64,000 bases of DNA from Takakia lepidozioides (GCA_030704615.1 CM060731.1:53940001-54004000); one strand, 5' to 3'. Positions 37,670-51,897 are shown, numbered from the stretch's first letter. Notes: a model not told the origin generated them from the letters alone. Numbers and translations: made by a program.

Positions 37670-39690
37670 CGGTTCCTCAACCATGAAGACATAAGCAAGA
37701 AGTCAGTCCATTGCGCTGTGGAAGGGATTTTATTTCATGCTTGGTGTAGAGTTTAGTAGAACCCTCAATGCAAGATAAAAGGTGTGGATGGAGGTGAGAC
37801 ATTTGGGTGATTCAATGGAGGCAGCTGCTCCATCCAAGAGGGGAAAGCTGTTGGTCGGTCTACCTTCCAGATGCTGCAAAGAGCGACTGGCCTAAGAACT
37901 AAGCTACCAAACATCTTTCATCTAAGCCTCTGGAAAGATAGTCACATCTCCCTGTAAGATAATAATCCACAGGGGAAGAGAGGCACAGACACATACAGAA
38001 TAATGGGATGATACTTGTCATATCTGTGGAAAGAAATAAGGAAAGAAAATGAAATGATTACTTTAGTGACCGAGCTTATGGGACAAGGGAAAGCATGAAA
38101 CCAGAAAGACAGAGGAGCCCTCCCTAAGCAGCCCCAAAAACAGCTATTGTCTAGAAGTCAACACCTCATGCAGGGATGCAGCGAAGCATCGTAATAGTCT
38201 GCGAGGGATTGGCTATCCCGGAATAGACAATAGTATCTCCTACGGATCTCAGAGAAAAAAAGGAGAGGTCTTAAGAGGGCTAGAAGTTCAGCTTACTAAA
38301 CATGAATCAGGCAGCCGGGGTTGCACCAGAGTAATTAGACACTGAAAATTGCCCTTTGAGTCCAGTAGTACGCGTTTCTAAGCTGGTGCGCTCGTTCTCC
38401 ACGGTGCTCGTTTCTAATGTGCGCTCGTTTCTACCGGTGCTCGTTTTTAAACTAGTGCGCTCGTTTCCACATCGTTTCCAAGGTGCGCTCGTTTCTATGC
38501 TAGTGTGCTCGTGTCCACACGGTGCATCATAGCTGAATTTTCCTTCACTTCTGGAAATGTGGCAAAAACTCAGTATGAAGATTTGTATTATGGCATGCCC
38601 ACGAATTTGAGCATAGTGTTACCACTAGGCAATCGGGAGCTGGTGGAGTTGGTGGGGAGAGGTGGCAGCTTGTATATGATGAAGTTGATGGTCTGAGACT
38701 TCGTGACTGTTAACATAATGTCAGAACTGTACTCTCAATGTTTCGCTAGTTTAGGGTGTAACTTGGCCTGGTGCAACATCTATTTGAGTTCCCTTTTATG
38801 TCTATATGGAGTTGTTACTCTTTAGTAAGATGCTTCAAAATCTGGATTTCACAGCTACAATGCAATAGAAAGGAGAGAGGCATGCAAGGGAGGGAAAGGG
38901 GTTTCCAGGTTTCCATGAAGCTGATGGCTGGAAGTTGAATGCCAACCGCCTGTAATGGTGAAGGATTTGAAACCAACCCGACTCAGAAAAGCCCTGCATA
39001 ACATCTAGGACTGTGGGTAGCAGCACAAAAAATGTCACTCCACACACTGGGAAGGCAAGCTTGCTGCTCAGTTCTATACCAGCAACCTACTGTGCAGGCA
39101 TTTCTTGCTCTTCATCATAGCCGCTTCCTCTGCCATGCCCTTGCGTTCAGACATGGCAGCCGATTCCTTGGTCATTGAACTCTACACTTCAAAGGAACTT
39201 CTTGATATACATCTGCTCGTTCCCTATTTAGAACGTAAGATCTGAAAAACTCTACACACCATGCTTCTGAACAAATTCATGCAGGCATGCTGCAACGACA
39301 CACCCAAGAGTGCGGCAATTCAGGATGTGAGGAAGGGCGGGAAATTTCGAGAAACTTGGCGCCAAACCTGTGCACTCTAGCCTCACACGTGGCTGTTGCT
39401 ATTCCAAATGCGACAACTACATGGATTCCTGCCTTTTAGAAACAATGCGTCTGCGTCTGTGGAATTGTAGTGGTGTAGAGATCAGGATCTGAAACCATGA
39501 AGAATGTAGCACTCTATATTGCAGTCAGTCATGGTGTAGGGAGTCTATTTCAAGCTTGGTAGTACGGTTTTGTAGAGCTCTCAATGCAAGATAGAAGGTG
39601 CGGAAGGAGATGAGACATTTGGGTGATTCAATGGTGGTAATTGCTCCATCTCACGAAGAGGAGCTTGAAGAGAAAGATGTCGGTCCATCA
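37670..39690 (+). repeat. Pair of diverged ~190-bp direct repeats (37670-37860 and 39495-39690)
   Basis: Both contain CTCAATGCAAGATA.AAGGTG.GGA.GGAG.TGAGACATTTGGGTGATTCAATGG. Confidence 0.75.
38370..38525 (-). repeat. GTAGAAACGAGCAC-family array (copy 3, inverted)
   Basis: GTGCTCGTTTCTA and GTGCGCTCGTTTC units on the + strand. Confidence 0.85.
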
Positions 39691-42600
39691 CACAGCTACT
39701 ACAGAGTGCGACAAGGGGCTGGTATAGGCAAAAATACCATCAACAAAATAACCGACATTGGCATTGTTGAGGAGCAGGTACTGTCCCTTTGCCAATATCA
39801 AAGTCAATATCAAAGCGAAGAGCAGCAGAACCCCAGAAAATGACAAGGCTACTAAAATTTGACGCAAGGCTCACAGCCTTCACAGCCAGGAGTTTCCACA
39901 GATCGAAGGAGAAATGAAGTATAGAGATCAATCAAGCACACAACAACAAGGACATGATGCAGAATGAGATCCAATCATGAGCACCGGGTAGTACCCGGCC
40001 ATGGAAACCGCCTACCTTTTAGTGTACTGGCCCACCTCTGCCCTTATGGAAGACTGCCTTCATCTGGATATATATATATCTGTTTGTACAAAACTAACGA
40101 AATATACCTAAGTTTGTCAAACTCTAGACATTCAAATGCCACTTGTCAGGCAATAAATGCTCAGATTAGAGTAGCTGAAAGTGATGGGGAGAAATGGTGT
40201 CTTTGCTTCTTATTCCTAGTTCCAAGCTGCCATACTGCGTAAAGACCTTGCCAATATAAAACCTTTGTATTTTCAGGTATCCAGATTCCACGATTTGCCC
40301 TAGGGCTCGCTTGGAATCTAGATTCTGGCCACCTGCCCTTGGGCAGGTTCAAATCCAAGATTGTTCTTTACAACAGGTTAAAACCTGGACTGAGAATGAT
40401 CCAGTATCAGTCACATAAAGGACATGAGCAATAGTGAAATTACGCCCATGATTCCAAAGATCACAAAACTGGTTCCTCTTGTTGCCCTTCGCAAGCATTG
40501 CAAATTGTTTCAGGTGTTTTACACTCTACCTCATCAACATATTTAATTGAACCTGTTCCCTTTCAGTTGGCTGAAAGCTAATGTTGCCTTGGCTTTCAGA
40601 TTGGGCAGGCACCCTTGCCTCTCACTGGATATGAACAACCTTGCAATGACATTCAATCTACTGTGGCTGTCACATGGCAGAATGGTCCACTATCCTTTCC
40701 TTTCCTGGTACTCTTTTTTTGCTGTGCTTTGGTCATGTCCGTCTCAGAATCAATGGCAGCTCATTCCCCTGCACGTCATCTTCCATGGCCCCTTTGAAAT
40801 CTTGCAGTTGCTAAACCTACCTCGTGCTTTCAGTGACTGCCTCCCTATATTCTGCTGTGTTTTCCCTGGATCATCTTTGTAGAAAAGGTGTGAGCAGACA
40901 ACTTGAGCTCCCCATTTTCCATTCTGGTTCTGTGAGACAAAGGACTTGCCATTAGTGTGTTCTTTGGAATTGAGCCCCAATCCACCATCCTCTTCAGTCT
41001 CCGTGGATTTTCGCCGGATGTAAGCATTGCCCAACCTAAGGCCCATTCACCTCACTTTGAGAGGGGACTTCACCAGAAGGTTTATCTACCTGCAAGGAAG
41101 GACAGGATGCTTGCATTCGGTCCCTGACAAATACTTGCACTATCACACCTGCTCTATCCCACAACACACAACGCAGAGTGATTTAACTCCGGAAAAGTCA
41201 ACCAAGGAAAAAACCGATTACATTATACGTTGGAGTTGTTGGGAACAAGTGATAGTCTGTAGAGCTATGGGAGTGAGGAGGCCAGGAAAGGGCATCTCTT
41301 AAACCTGCTGTAACATCGCCTTCGGTACGGGAATGGAAGAGCAGTCATTCATCCGTGTGCCCATAGTCACAATATATCGTGGCTCGCTGCGCTTTGGCTC
41401 GTCAGACTTCTGGGTATCTGTCTTTTCTGTAGGCTCATCACCTTGTTTTGTAAGTTAGCATTACATGTAGCGACAGGTCCTGTGCGATCTCGCTCCACCT
41501 TTCCCAGTTTTGGATCGCATATTGTATTCGTTGGAAATGGTGGACTCCCCAGTAGGAGCAGAAGCCACCTCCGAAGCATCACAACAAACATTACTCCTCA
41601 GAAATTTCGCCTTGAGCAGTTGTGTATCTTCAGGCTGTGCTGGAAGCCCGCGGACTTCAACGTCGCAGAGTTTGCTGTGCAGGTACAAGTCTGGAAACCT
41701 TTCTTTGGGGAAAAGTGATCATAGATCACATACAGAAGGCTGGTTGAAAGGAAAAACGTTGAAGTCTTGTGAAGCTCTCTGTCGACAATAACCTGGCAGG
41801 GGCCCATCTGGGGTGTTTCTTTATTCTGTTGAATGAATTGTAGTTCTAGGGCTGTGGTGGTGAAGGCTTTTTGGTCTTGTTTTGATGATAGGTTGTCCTG
41901 GCTGTTTTGGAAGGGATTGTTTTGTGAACGGGTGTGTTTGTTTGTCTAGACTACACGGCGGTTTTGGTCAAAGATCTAGACACTGCCTGTCATTGGAGAA
42001 AGCAGCGATCAGCTTATCACACTACACCCATCATTGATGGACGTGACGTTTTAAACTGACAGGCTGCTCCTCCAAAGATAAGGCAACATTCAAATGTTTG
42101 AATTTGGCAAGTGTCTCCACTGCAAACATAAGCGACTGGAAGTTGCAAGCTTGTCTAGGGTGTTTGGCTGTGGGGTTTGACAAGGTTTCTTGATTTGCAG
42201 AATGGATGGTGGCTCTAGGGCAGTGGTGGTTAGAAGGCTTTTTGTTTTGTTTTGAAGAGAGTGGTTGTCTAGGCTATTTTTGTTGTTTTTGAGTTTTTGT
42301 GAAGATGTTTGTTTGACTAGACCATTCGTCTTTTTTGGTGAAAGAGCTGCAGGGTGCCTGTCTTGAGAGAATGAGGCAATCAGCTTAACACATGACACCT
42401 ATCAGGGATGGATGTGGTGCTTTATACTGAAGGCCTGTTCTCCCAAGACAGGCAACTTGCAAATGTTTGACCTAGGCGAGTGTCTGGAATGCAAGGTGCA
42501 TGTTGTCTCAGCAACTTGCAGAACGTATTTTCGAGTTCACATCTGAATCAACGTTGTCATATCTCAACACCCTCCCATTCAATGGGAACTTGATGGTGCT

Positions 42601-44261
42601 GTGGACAGTTTTTTTTACGTTGTCTTTGTAGGGCAAAGTGGTGGGTGGAAGGCCTTTTTGTTTTGCTGAGCATCTGCATGAGTGGTTGTCTAGGTGGGTC
42701 TAGACTTCCGCAACTACACCAAAAGTGTGCCACCAAAACTTCTTGGCGACACAATGGTTGCATTGAAAGAGATGGTTGTTGGATCTGTCACAGGAAACTG
42801 TAGTCTCAGTCGGAAGAGCAAGAGAATTGACCGACACCATTCAGTGCAGCTTTCGCGTCTACAAAGATCTACTGACACTAGGGGGAAACTTCCATGTTGT
42901 ACAACTCATCCTCTCCTACAGAGGTAGATCCAAGGTTGCAACAGTCCCAATATTCAAATGTTGCCGACATGGCACAAATGATATAATTCCTCATAACTGG
43001 AATTGCTGATAAAATTTGGGTATGGGCTTCTCAAGGGTATATGGGAGCTAAGACAGAAAGTCTGCAAGAACAAACAGTTGGATGACATATTCAACACGGG
43101 TCTTTGGTAACGTATGACAAACAATGACAACATTCCTCCATGCTCCACAATCAGTACAGTACCAGCACTTCTGTCAAGATGGAAGGCTCATTTACAATGA
43201 TCACATCCATACCCAGAATTTCCTAGCACACCAGCTTACTCTATCTGGCTCCACTGTCTCAAGTCAATCAGAGGCGACCGTGTCGCGCGCCTGCCCTTTT
43301 GCAGTCCAGTAGAATAGATCTCTCTTTCCCCCAACCAAGTAAGTGCAATGGGAGTCCTTTGAGTAACCTCACATAAGTACTGATTCTGTTCAAATCGCTT
43401 CCATTGCAAGAAAACCAAAGCAATTTTCAACAAAATGGAGGAGAGCCAACAGTACATCTAGCATGTACCATTATGACGGATTTGCTCCTCAATGGTAAAC
43501 ACGTAAACACATCACATTCAAACTCCTCCCATCTTTTGTACTCTATAAAGTGGCTTGCACCCACTTGCAGTGCTTCGCCAAATGAGGGTCTTTGCGCACA
43601 CTGAGAGAGAGTCACTTGTCTGTTTCTATGAATGTGAAGCTCTTCACTGAAATCTTATAATGTGAAGGCCTGACAAGTTCTATCTACTACTCTTAAGAAC
43701 CCAATCAACAGGCGCTGATGTGAACTGAAGGCACTTGACCAAATAACCCAAACTTGGGCCTGACACCCACGCTGCCCACTGTAAATTCCTCATGTGCCAT
43801 CCAAATGGGAAAACTGACACAATGCGGTGGGTTTTAATCCACATGTAATCCATTCCAGTAATTGTAATCCATTTGTAATTGAAGATTCAGGGATCCTTGC
43901 AGCGACACACAGCGTGACCCCACGCTCACAATCGTTGTTCATAGGCTCACACTTGGGCACTAATTTGGGAGTTCAAGCTCATGATTAGCGAATCGTAAGC
44001 TCAATATTTTGACATGTGTTCCAACTAATACCCTATTCATGCGGACCTATTGTACATTTATGACCCTTCGCCAACAAAGGTTGTAAAGACGTCTCGCTTA
44101 CAAAAGATTAGGTAGTGATTATAGTAGTCCAGTTGATTTATTCGCAATAAAAACAATTTTATTTTATTTTTGGTTAAGAACTGTTGTGAAATGCATCATT
44201 TATGGTGAGCGGAGATAGTTTATATAGAATATTTGTTGTTAATTTGAACTAGGGTAGCATG

Positions 44262-45205
44262 TGCCGTTGGCCCAAGTGTCCACGGTCATCTAAGCCCATG
44301 TGCAATCTCCTATGTATCCAAGTGCGTCTCTTATGTCGAGGCCCAAGTCGACCTCTACGATAGCTTGTGCCGTTGGCCCATGTGTGAATAATTGAAATCT
44401 AAGACCAAGTGCAATTTCCTATGTATTCTAGTGTGTCTCCTATGTCGAGGCCCATCTAAGCCCAAGTGCAATCTTTTATGTATCCAAGTGCATCTCCCAT
44501 GTAGAGGCCCAAGTGTCCACTGTCATTTAAGCCCAAGTGCAATCTCCTATGTATCCAAGTGCGTCTCCTATGTATCCAATGACATCTCCCATGTGCACCT
44601 CCTATGTCGAGGCCCATCTAAGCCCAGTGTGCAATCTTTTATGTATCCAAGTGCATCTCCTGTGTAGATGCCCAAGTGTCCACTGTCATTTAAGACCAAG
44701 TGTAATTTCTTCTTTCTCCCAGTGCGTCTCTTATGTTGATGCCCAAGTGCGACCTCTAGTGTAGCCTATGTCATGGCCCATGTGTGAAAAATTGAAATAT
44801 AAGCCCAAGTGCAATCTTCTATTCATGTATCCAAGTGCATCTCCGGTGTAGAGGCCCAAGTGTCCATTGTCATTTAAGCCCAAGTGCAATCTCCTATGTA
44901 TCCAATGACATCTCCCATGTGCGCCTCCTATGTCGAGGCCCATCTAAGCCCAGTGTGCAATCTTTTATGTATCCAAGTGCATCTCCCGTGTAGATGCCCA
45001 AGTGTCCACTGTCATTTAAGACCAAGTGTAATTTCTTCTGTCTCCCCGTGCGTCTTTTATGTTGATGCCCAAGTGCGACCTCTAGTGTAGCCTATGTCGT
45101 GGCCCATGTGTGAAAAATTGAAATCTAAGCCCAAGTGCAATCTTCTATTCATGTATCCAAGTGCATCTCCCATGTAGAGGCCCAAGTGTGACCTCCAGTG
45201 TCCAC
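44262..45205 (+). repeat. Hierarchical tandem array built on (C)CCAAGTG(C/T) units, with a ~330-bp higher-order duplication
   Basis: GCCCAAGTGCAATCTCCTATGTATCCAAGTGCATCTC is reiterated; ~44570-44895 is duplicated at ~44897-45190. Confidence 0.9.
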
Positions 45206-48200
45206 TGCAATCCCCAATATATATCCAAAGACCTACAATTTGGGAGATCTCTATGTTGTTGCCCACTTTGCTATTTTTGCAATCGCCCTTGTCGAGGCTT
45301 CATATATTGATATATCCACTTTGCTATTTTTTGCGAACTTCAAGTGACCAAAAGTATTTGAAATTCCAAATCTCCCACTTGCAAGGTCAATCAGTGCTCC
45401 AGGAAAGCCCACTTTGCTATTTTTCTCGAATTTCCAACGACCTAATGTCATCTAGGTAAGTTGTTTTTTCCAAAGAATTTATGACCAGATTTGAACCGGA
45501 GACCTTTCACTTGATATCTCTCCCATCGAGACTCCAACCAATGTCCCAAGAATGCCCACTTTGCTATTTTTCCCGAATTTCCAATGGCGCAATGTCATCT
45601 AAGTAAGTTTTTTTTCCACAGAGCCTACGATCAGATTTGAACCGGAGACCTTTCCCTTGTATTCTCTCCCGTCGAGGCTCCAACCATTGTCCCAGCAATG
45701 CCACTTTGCCATTTTTTGTTATTTTTTGTGAATTTCCAGCGACCAAAAGTACTTGGAATTCCACATCTCCCTCACCTCTGGTCCAAAAATCATGAGAACA
45801 AGCCGGTGCACCCCTCCTCATCGAGGGCTTTCCAACAGCACAAGCACCGGGGCTGGGCCCGCGGTTTGGGAGATCTCAACGACGCTACAAAACAAAACAA
45901 AACAAACGTCTCGCTTCATATATTGATATATGATGCGACCACATTGTACAAGTTTTATGTACGTAGTCTTATATATGAATAGGTTGTGCATCTATGACAC
46001 TCGAAGAAGAAATCAATGATACATTCAAAGAAAAATTTATTGGGTCACTACTTTTAACAATTCACGATCTGTTTCTATTAATACTTGCAACACTTAATAC
46101 TTATTACAAAGATCACCCTCCTGAGGAATTGAATGGGACATAATGAAAATCAACAGTTTGTCAACGAATTGCTCATTTTCATGATATGGTTTTTTGTGTC
46201 AAATGTTGTACGTCATGTTCATTTAGCTTGTACTTTAAAGCCTAAATTTCTACCGTGACTGATCAGAAGCTATATCAAATGATTTAAGGAAAAAAAATAG
46301 TTTTAAAAAAAAACGTGTTGATTGGTCAATGCTATATTTATGCTTACATTCTTATTAGGATAAACTGAAAAATCAAAAGCTCGCCAACAAACTATTGATT
46401 TTTTTTTAAAGTTTAATGAAACATCAATGTTTTTCTCTTTTTTTTTCATCTATAATAGGTTTGGCTAATGCAACACTTATGTTGTAAATGGCACATATTG
46501 AAAAATCGACAGTTTGTTGGCGAACTTGTGATTTCCAGAGTATATCTTTTGTATCATTTTATCGGTTATAGATATCTATACATACGACACTAATGTTGTT
46601 AATGGGATTTTATAAAAACTCAAGGGTTCATAATCGAACTGTGGATTTTCACATGTCTTTGTGTCATTTTTCTTGTTTTCTTTAAATAGAATACAAATAT
46701 TTTGTGTAGGTTTATTTAATGTCACATCTACGTTATAAATGGGACATGCTGAAAAGAAAACATTGTTGGCGAACTGTTGATTTTCACTTGTCTTTGTATC
46801 ATTTCTTTCTGTTTTGTTTAAATAAAACACAAATATATTTTGTGTCGGTTTATTCAATGTTGTACATGGGACATGCTGAAAAAAGAACAGTTCGTTGGCG
46901 AACTGTTGATTTTCACGATGAGTAATATGCAATTATTTTCGCTTTTAAAATTTTCAGTTTTTTGCCTTCTTGGGTCAATGCGCACTCACGCTATATAGTA
47001 TAAACGGGAGATGTGTATTTTTATTTTATTTTTTAAAAACCAGTTTGTTGATGAGCTACGGCAAGAGTGAGTTCTAGCGATATAAATGCTTGAGCCCGAA
47101 CATGCACCATACTTGGTCATTTTCTGATTTTCAAATTGTGGCATATTGTTGAGTACTTGATGTTCATATGGTTTTTCTTTAAACATCATTTTGTGATGTG
47201 TTATGACATATCATGAAAACATAATTTGTGGAAAGGAAATATGTTTCGATGGTTATACATATTTATCTTATGATTGAATCCTCGCATATAGGGATTGAAT
47301 CCACGGTTACATGTCCAAGCTCACAGGCTCATCAACTATAAGCCTATGCTCACAATATTGCATTCAGAGGGATTCTTGTAACATTGTGTCCGGAAAAACA
47401 GTAGTTCGCGTGATTAGGGAGACATCAGATGAGGTCCTAGATGGGGGCGCCAGTTGGTCACGCCGGCAGGGCTTTATGGATCATCGACGTGACTCCAAAA
47501 CCCTAGTTCAACTCACACGCTGCCAAAGAAAATGGTGTTTTCGAGCAGAGAATCAGGTCTTTCACTTGAACCATTCCAATGCACTTGAGGATTCCGGGGA
47601 GAGAAGACAGTTGCCAAAAGGGTGTAGAAAGACAGTCTAGGAGGGAGATGAGAGGACCACAATGTTTGCGAGCTCTTGGCCAAGCCCCTCGCAATCTCTT
47701 CCCTGATTCAGGTCCCAAAATGCAATGCAACAAAATCCTTACACAACACAATGCACATATATACATACAGAAACATTTGACGCGTCCGTTCAGTCTGCTA
47801 CATCGCAGCGCAACGCCAAGTCTCTCTTGCAAAGGGGCCAGGCTTCCCCATCGCGTAAACCTCTAGGCTTCTCCTCGAGGCTGCGGCACATAATTGTTGC
47901 GGCAGGACCCGACCGACCTCGACTGGTGTCGGTAGGCTCCCACAACCCTCCCTCTTGCAAAGGCGCGCTGGCCTTGAGCGTGCTCCTGATGCTCATCGTT
48001 ACGACGACGGGGCGCGGCCGACCGGAGGGCCATCCTCGGCTGACGTAGGATGTGGGCAGGAAGAACTCCTTGCTCTCCAGGCGAGTTGGTTATCAGGAGC
48101 TCTGATAATCGTAAAACCTTCAGTGATCCTTTGTTTTACTATAATGATTGTATTGTAGCATAAGGCGAATGAGCAAAATGAGGAGGAAGATGAGGAGGCA

Positions 48201-50339
48201 GAGGAGGAAGAGATTAAAGTAGCCGCCGTCCTTGGATGAGCCCGCCGTTGAGGGAGTATTTGGGGACCCTTGAGAAAAGACTGGAATAGTTGTCGTTATT
48301 ACATCAAAGAATTTTCAAAGCAACTAGTTTGTTTTGAGGCGTACAGATTATTGGAGGGTGAGTTTACAACAATACTACAGAGTGTTTGCGAGATGGAGGT
48401 ATCTCTTCGCGTCTCTGAGAACACTTCAGTGTGGTTTATCAAGAGAAAGAGAAGGAAAATCGGGAAAGCACATTCCGGTTTTCTTGCCTCTTATGACCCA
48501 ATCACCAAGATTGGAGTGATATTCTTGGGAACATCATCGAAGCCCAACCATAGTCATCGGTTTGTGAAAATGCACAGAGGACTAGAGCCTCCTGAACTAG
48601 ATCAACTTAAGAACTGACCTTGCATCGGCTTTCAATGACGTTTTTTACCTCAATATCAGTCACCCCTCTTGGAGTTCAACTGATCTACGTGTCCTTATGT
48701 GACCACTTGAACAGTTTGCCTACTTCTCCTATCCGAGGGTTGAATGTATTGCTAAACAAGCTTCTTTGTCCCGCAATCGAACATAAATATTGGGGAATAT
48801 CCATGACCAAACCGAAAGCCATCTCAAAACAAATCAAATCAACAACAAAATGTTGGCAAATGTTGATTGGTACACCCGATTGATTTTATTTTTTGAATGA
48901 TTGCAATCAAAGTCTCATCGAGGATATATCAGACAACGATATATGTGATTTACAAAACTGCCAATAACATGTGTCCTTCAACTTGAGGTTGATGCATTTC
49001 GACTGTTTTGGCTTGTAGTGGCCCTCCTGAAGCACAAGGCACACCCTATTGTTCTCTTGGTATCTGATCGATACCAGCCTAAGTCTTCATAGACGTCTGA
49101 TGGCAGTACCAACCAAGAAAAAGACGAGGGGGTAAAGAGACGCAGATTTTTCAAATACTGCAACTCTTGGAAGCTGATTAAGTATAACAATGAGGAGGAC
49201 GTAACTGTAGGCTAAGCGCCAAAACTACTAGAAGAGATTTCGAGGAAAAAAATAGATAATTGTATACTTGTATACTCAACCCACTCAACAAGACCGGTTA
49301 AGACAAGAAGACAAGATGGAAATTGTCACCCTGAACTTCTCCACTCCCACTACTTCATTTGCTTCCTCATTAGTGTATTCATTTTCGCTCTACGATGATA
49401 AACATGTATAGTTTAGTCTAAGAGACTATTGTCAAATGCTCTTGAAGTGGAGAGGAGGAAGTGGAGGTGCAACGACATTTTTTGGATGGTTGTAGAAGAC
49501 AACATTTTTACTTTGAAAGAAGATGGCAAGGAGCTTGTAGATGAAGATGTATTGCAAATCATTTCTTTCTTGAGAAATAGACAGAATTTTCAATTGATTT
49601 TGCAAGAATGGAACTCAATTTCAACTAATTCTGGACTTTTGGCTTAAATCCGGACAAAACTTAATATAATTTTACATTTAAATTAAATCAAATAATTACA
49701 ATATTATGAAGCAATGAATCAAGATTTTGTTTTCAAGTGAATGTACATGACTCCAAATTCCTTAAACATCGACATCAAAGTCGAATGACATACATTAGAC
49801 AATGCAAATGATACATATTAATAACACAATTTGCATGACTCCAAATTCATTAAACGTCGACATATGATATACAAATTTAGCCAATGCAAATGATATATAC
49901 TAATTAGCACAAGTATCCATGAGACATCATTACCCAGTACATGTTGTCAATTAGTCTGCTATCCCCAATACAAAGGCACTATATATAGTCCACAAACACC
50001 TTAGCCCTGAAACTAGAACATCTACACATAAGGTTGACATTGAGAAGACTGGGTGTGCGTCGCACGAAAATATGTTTTTGCAAATGCCTCCGCATGGATA
50101 GGTAGCTTTTAAAAATAAAGACTTGAACTTAGACAAAATACTTTGTTTTGTAAAAAAAGAATGTCGGTCTTGAATCCAAATTGACTCCTGCAAAAGAGTA
50201 ACCACCGATATAAATTTATGAATACTAACACATGAATACAATACACGAAGGCAAACTAAAAGATATTCAAAATCAAAATGGTACACCAAAATAAAAGTCT
50301 TACTCACGTGAGAAATCCGAATCAACATTAATAAAATGT

Positions 50340-51150
50340 GAAAAAATGTATGGAACCTATGGAACTTCTAGACATTTTTAATCAAAATAGTTTCTCCAAA
50401 CCAATGTATCAATGTACTCCAAAGCTATGTACATTTATTTTTCAATGACTCGCTTCGGGATATAAGGTTTTGAGGTATTGTAGGGCTTAGGATAAGAAAA
50501 AAGTGTGAAGAGGGGGAAAAAAGAAATAACAGTGCATTCGAACCTATAAGAACTTTCAATCAAATATCTCAACCTTGAATACATTGTACCCCAAAATAAG
50601 AATGTGTTTTTTTAACAAGCTTCCAACATGGATATAAGGTTTTAGGAGCATAAAGTTTTAGAAAAATTATAAGTATGAATCACACAAAATATGCAAGAAA
50701 GTTTATGACCTATAAAAACGTTCAATCAAGTAATATTTTAACCATAATTGTATTATACCCAAAGCTGGAAAAATGATTTGAATGTACTTCAAATATTTGA
50801 ATGAGGTTTAGGGTATAGAAGGTTGGAGAAGTAAAAGTACTATCAAGTAAAATAAAATTGGAAGAGTGTGTAGAACATATAAGAATTTCTAAGCAAATAT
50901 CCCGAGGACTCTATCATACATATAAGCTAGAATAAAATGAATCAATGAGCTTCAAATTTAGAAACTACGTGTTAGGGTATACTAGGGTTTAGAACAAGCA
51001 AAAGTGTGAATGATACAAATAATGGGATACTGTTTAGGACTAATACAAAATTTCAATTCAATATTCCAACAACTCTTAGTAGTATGCAACCCCAAAGTTA
51101 GAAAAGAAATTTTTGAGTGAACTTCAAACATTACAAAGATATTTTTGGGG
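50340..51150 (+). repeat. Degenerate AT-rich ~170-bp tandem repeat
   Basis: AACCTATAAGAAC.TT..A.CAAATA...CCCAAAG...GCTTC..A...GGTTT recurs about five times. Confidence 0.65.
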
Positions 51151-51155
51151 TATTG

Positions 51156-51883
51156 TGTCGCGGCCCTTTGCCTTGAGGGCGGGGGGGTCGGGACACATGA
51201 GGGGCTGCCCCTGTGGTGGGGGCAGCGGCAGCTATAGGTATGGGGGGGGGCTGAAGCACCCTTGAGTGTCCAAGGTACTCAAGGAGGCGGAGGCGCTTAC
51301 TAGGTGGAGCCCTGCACACCGGGTTGCGGTGGGGGTGGCTCCACAAGGGGTGGTGGTAGCTTAGCGGGTCTTAGTGGGGGTGGCATAGGACTCACCATAG
51401 GGTGGAGACCTCGTGGTGGGAGTCGTGGGGAGTCTTGGGACTCATCACGGCCCAATGGGGTCGTGGTGAGAGGGCCAAGACTCACCGCGACTCACCACCG
51501 GGAGTCGAGGGTCTTCGTGGTGGTTCGCCATAAAATGGCATGGCTGGTTGTGAAACCCCCGCGGACAGCTACAGAAGTATATATAGGGAGTAGTAACCCC
51601 GAGAACGGTGCAAGCCCGTTGGTGTCCAAAAACTAGTGAGTAAGCAAGCGAGCCGGAAAGCGACCAAAGAGTGGGGAGCTGTTCTGGACTGCCATCTACC
51701 AAAGGGAATTCCACTAGGCCCAAATAGGTGGAGGGTCTTTCGGGAGAGCGAAGGGGGACCGTTATGTCCCGGTGAGCAGCCGAAGCTCGAGTTGGCCCGG
51801 CGGCCAGGTTGGGAGTCAGGCGCGCGCATCAAAGCGAGTAACTATGACTTGAAGGGGAGCTTACCGAAGTGAGGTGCGTGACA
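51156..51883 (+). mobile_element. 5' LTR of a Ty3/gypsy element (728 bp, TG...CA)
   Basis: Begins TGTCGCG, ends CGTGACA, and is followed by a PBS. Homologous to the inverted LTR at 60549-61272. Confidence 0.93.
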
Positions 51884-51885
51884 CT

Positions 51886-51897
51886 TGGTATCAGAGC
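51886..51897 (+). promoter_or_regulatory. Primer-binding site for initiator tRNA-Met
   Basis: TGGTATCAGAGC, 2 nt after the LTR. Confidence 0.93.

Larger units (their letters stand above)
44249..51155 (-). mobile_element. Putative Helitron-like element (3' end at 44249); AT-rich, with subterminal arrays and decayed coding patches
   Basis: A-CTAG at 44248-44252, an 11-nt gap, then an imperfect hairpin CCGTTGG..CCACGG at 44264-44285. No Rep/helicase motifs recognised; the right end is interrupted by an LTR. Confidence 0.45.

Noticed and set aside
40270-43610. Exon-like minus-strand patches upstream of the ORC2 exons
   Set aside because: Frames are broken, no domain was recognised, and no link to ORC2 could be shown.
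47385-47890. Possible solo LTR (TGTGTCCG...CGGCACA)
   Set aside because: No target-site duplication and no second copy in the window.
47900-49640. Decayed coding-like patches as a Helitron Rep/helicase
   Set aside because: No HUH or helicase motifs were found.
51304-51636. Gly-rich ORF apparently conserved at 60796-61128
   Set aside because: It lies inside the two homologous GC-rich LTRs, so the conservation only reflects LTR identity.
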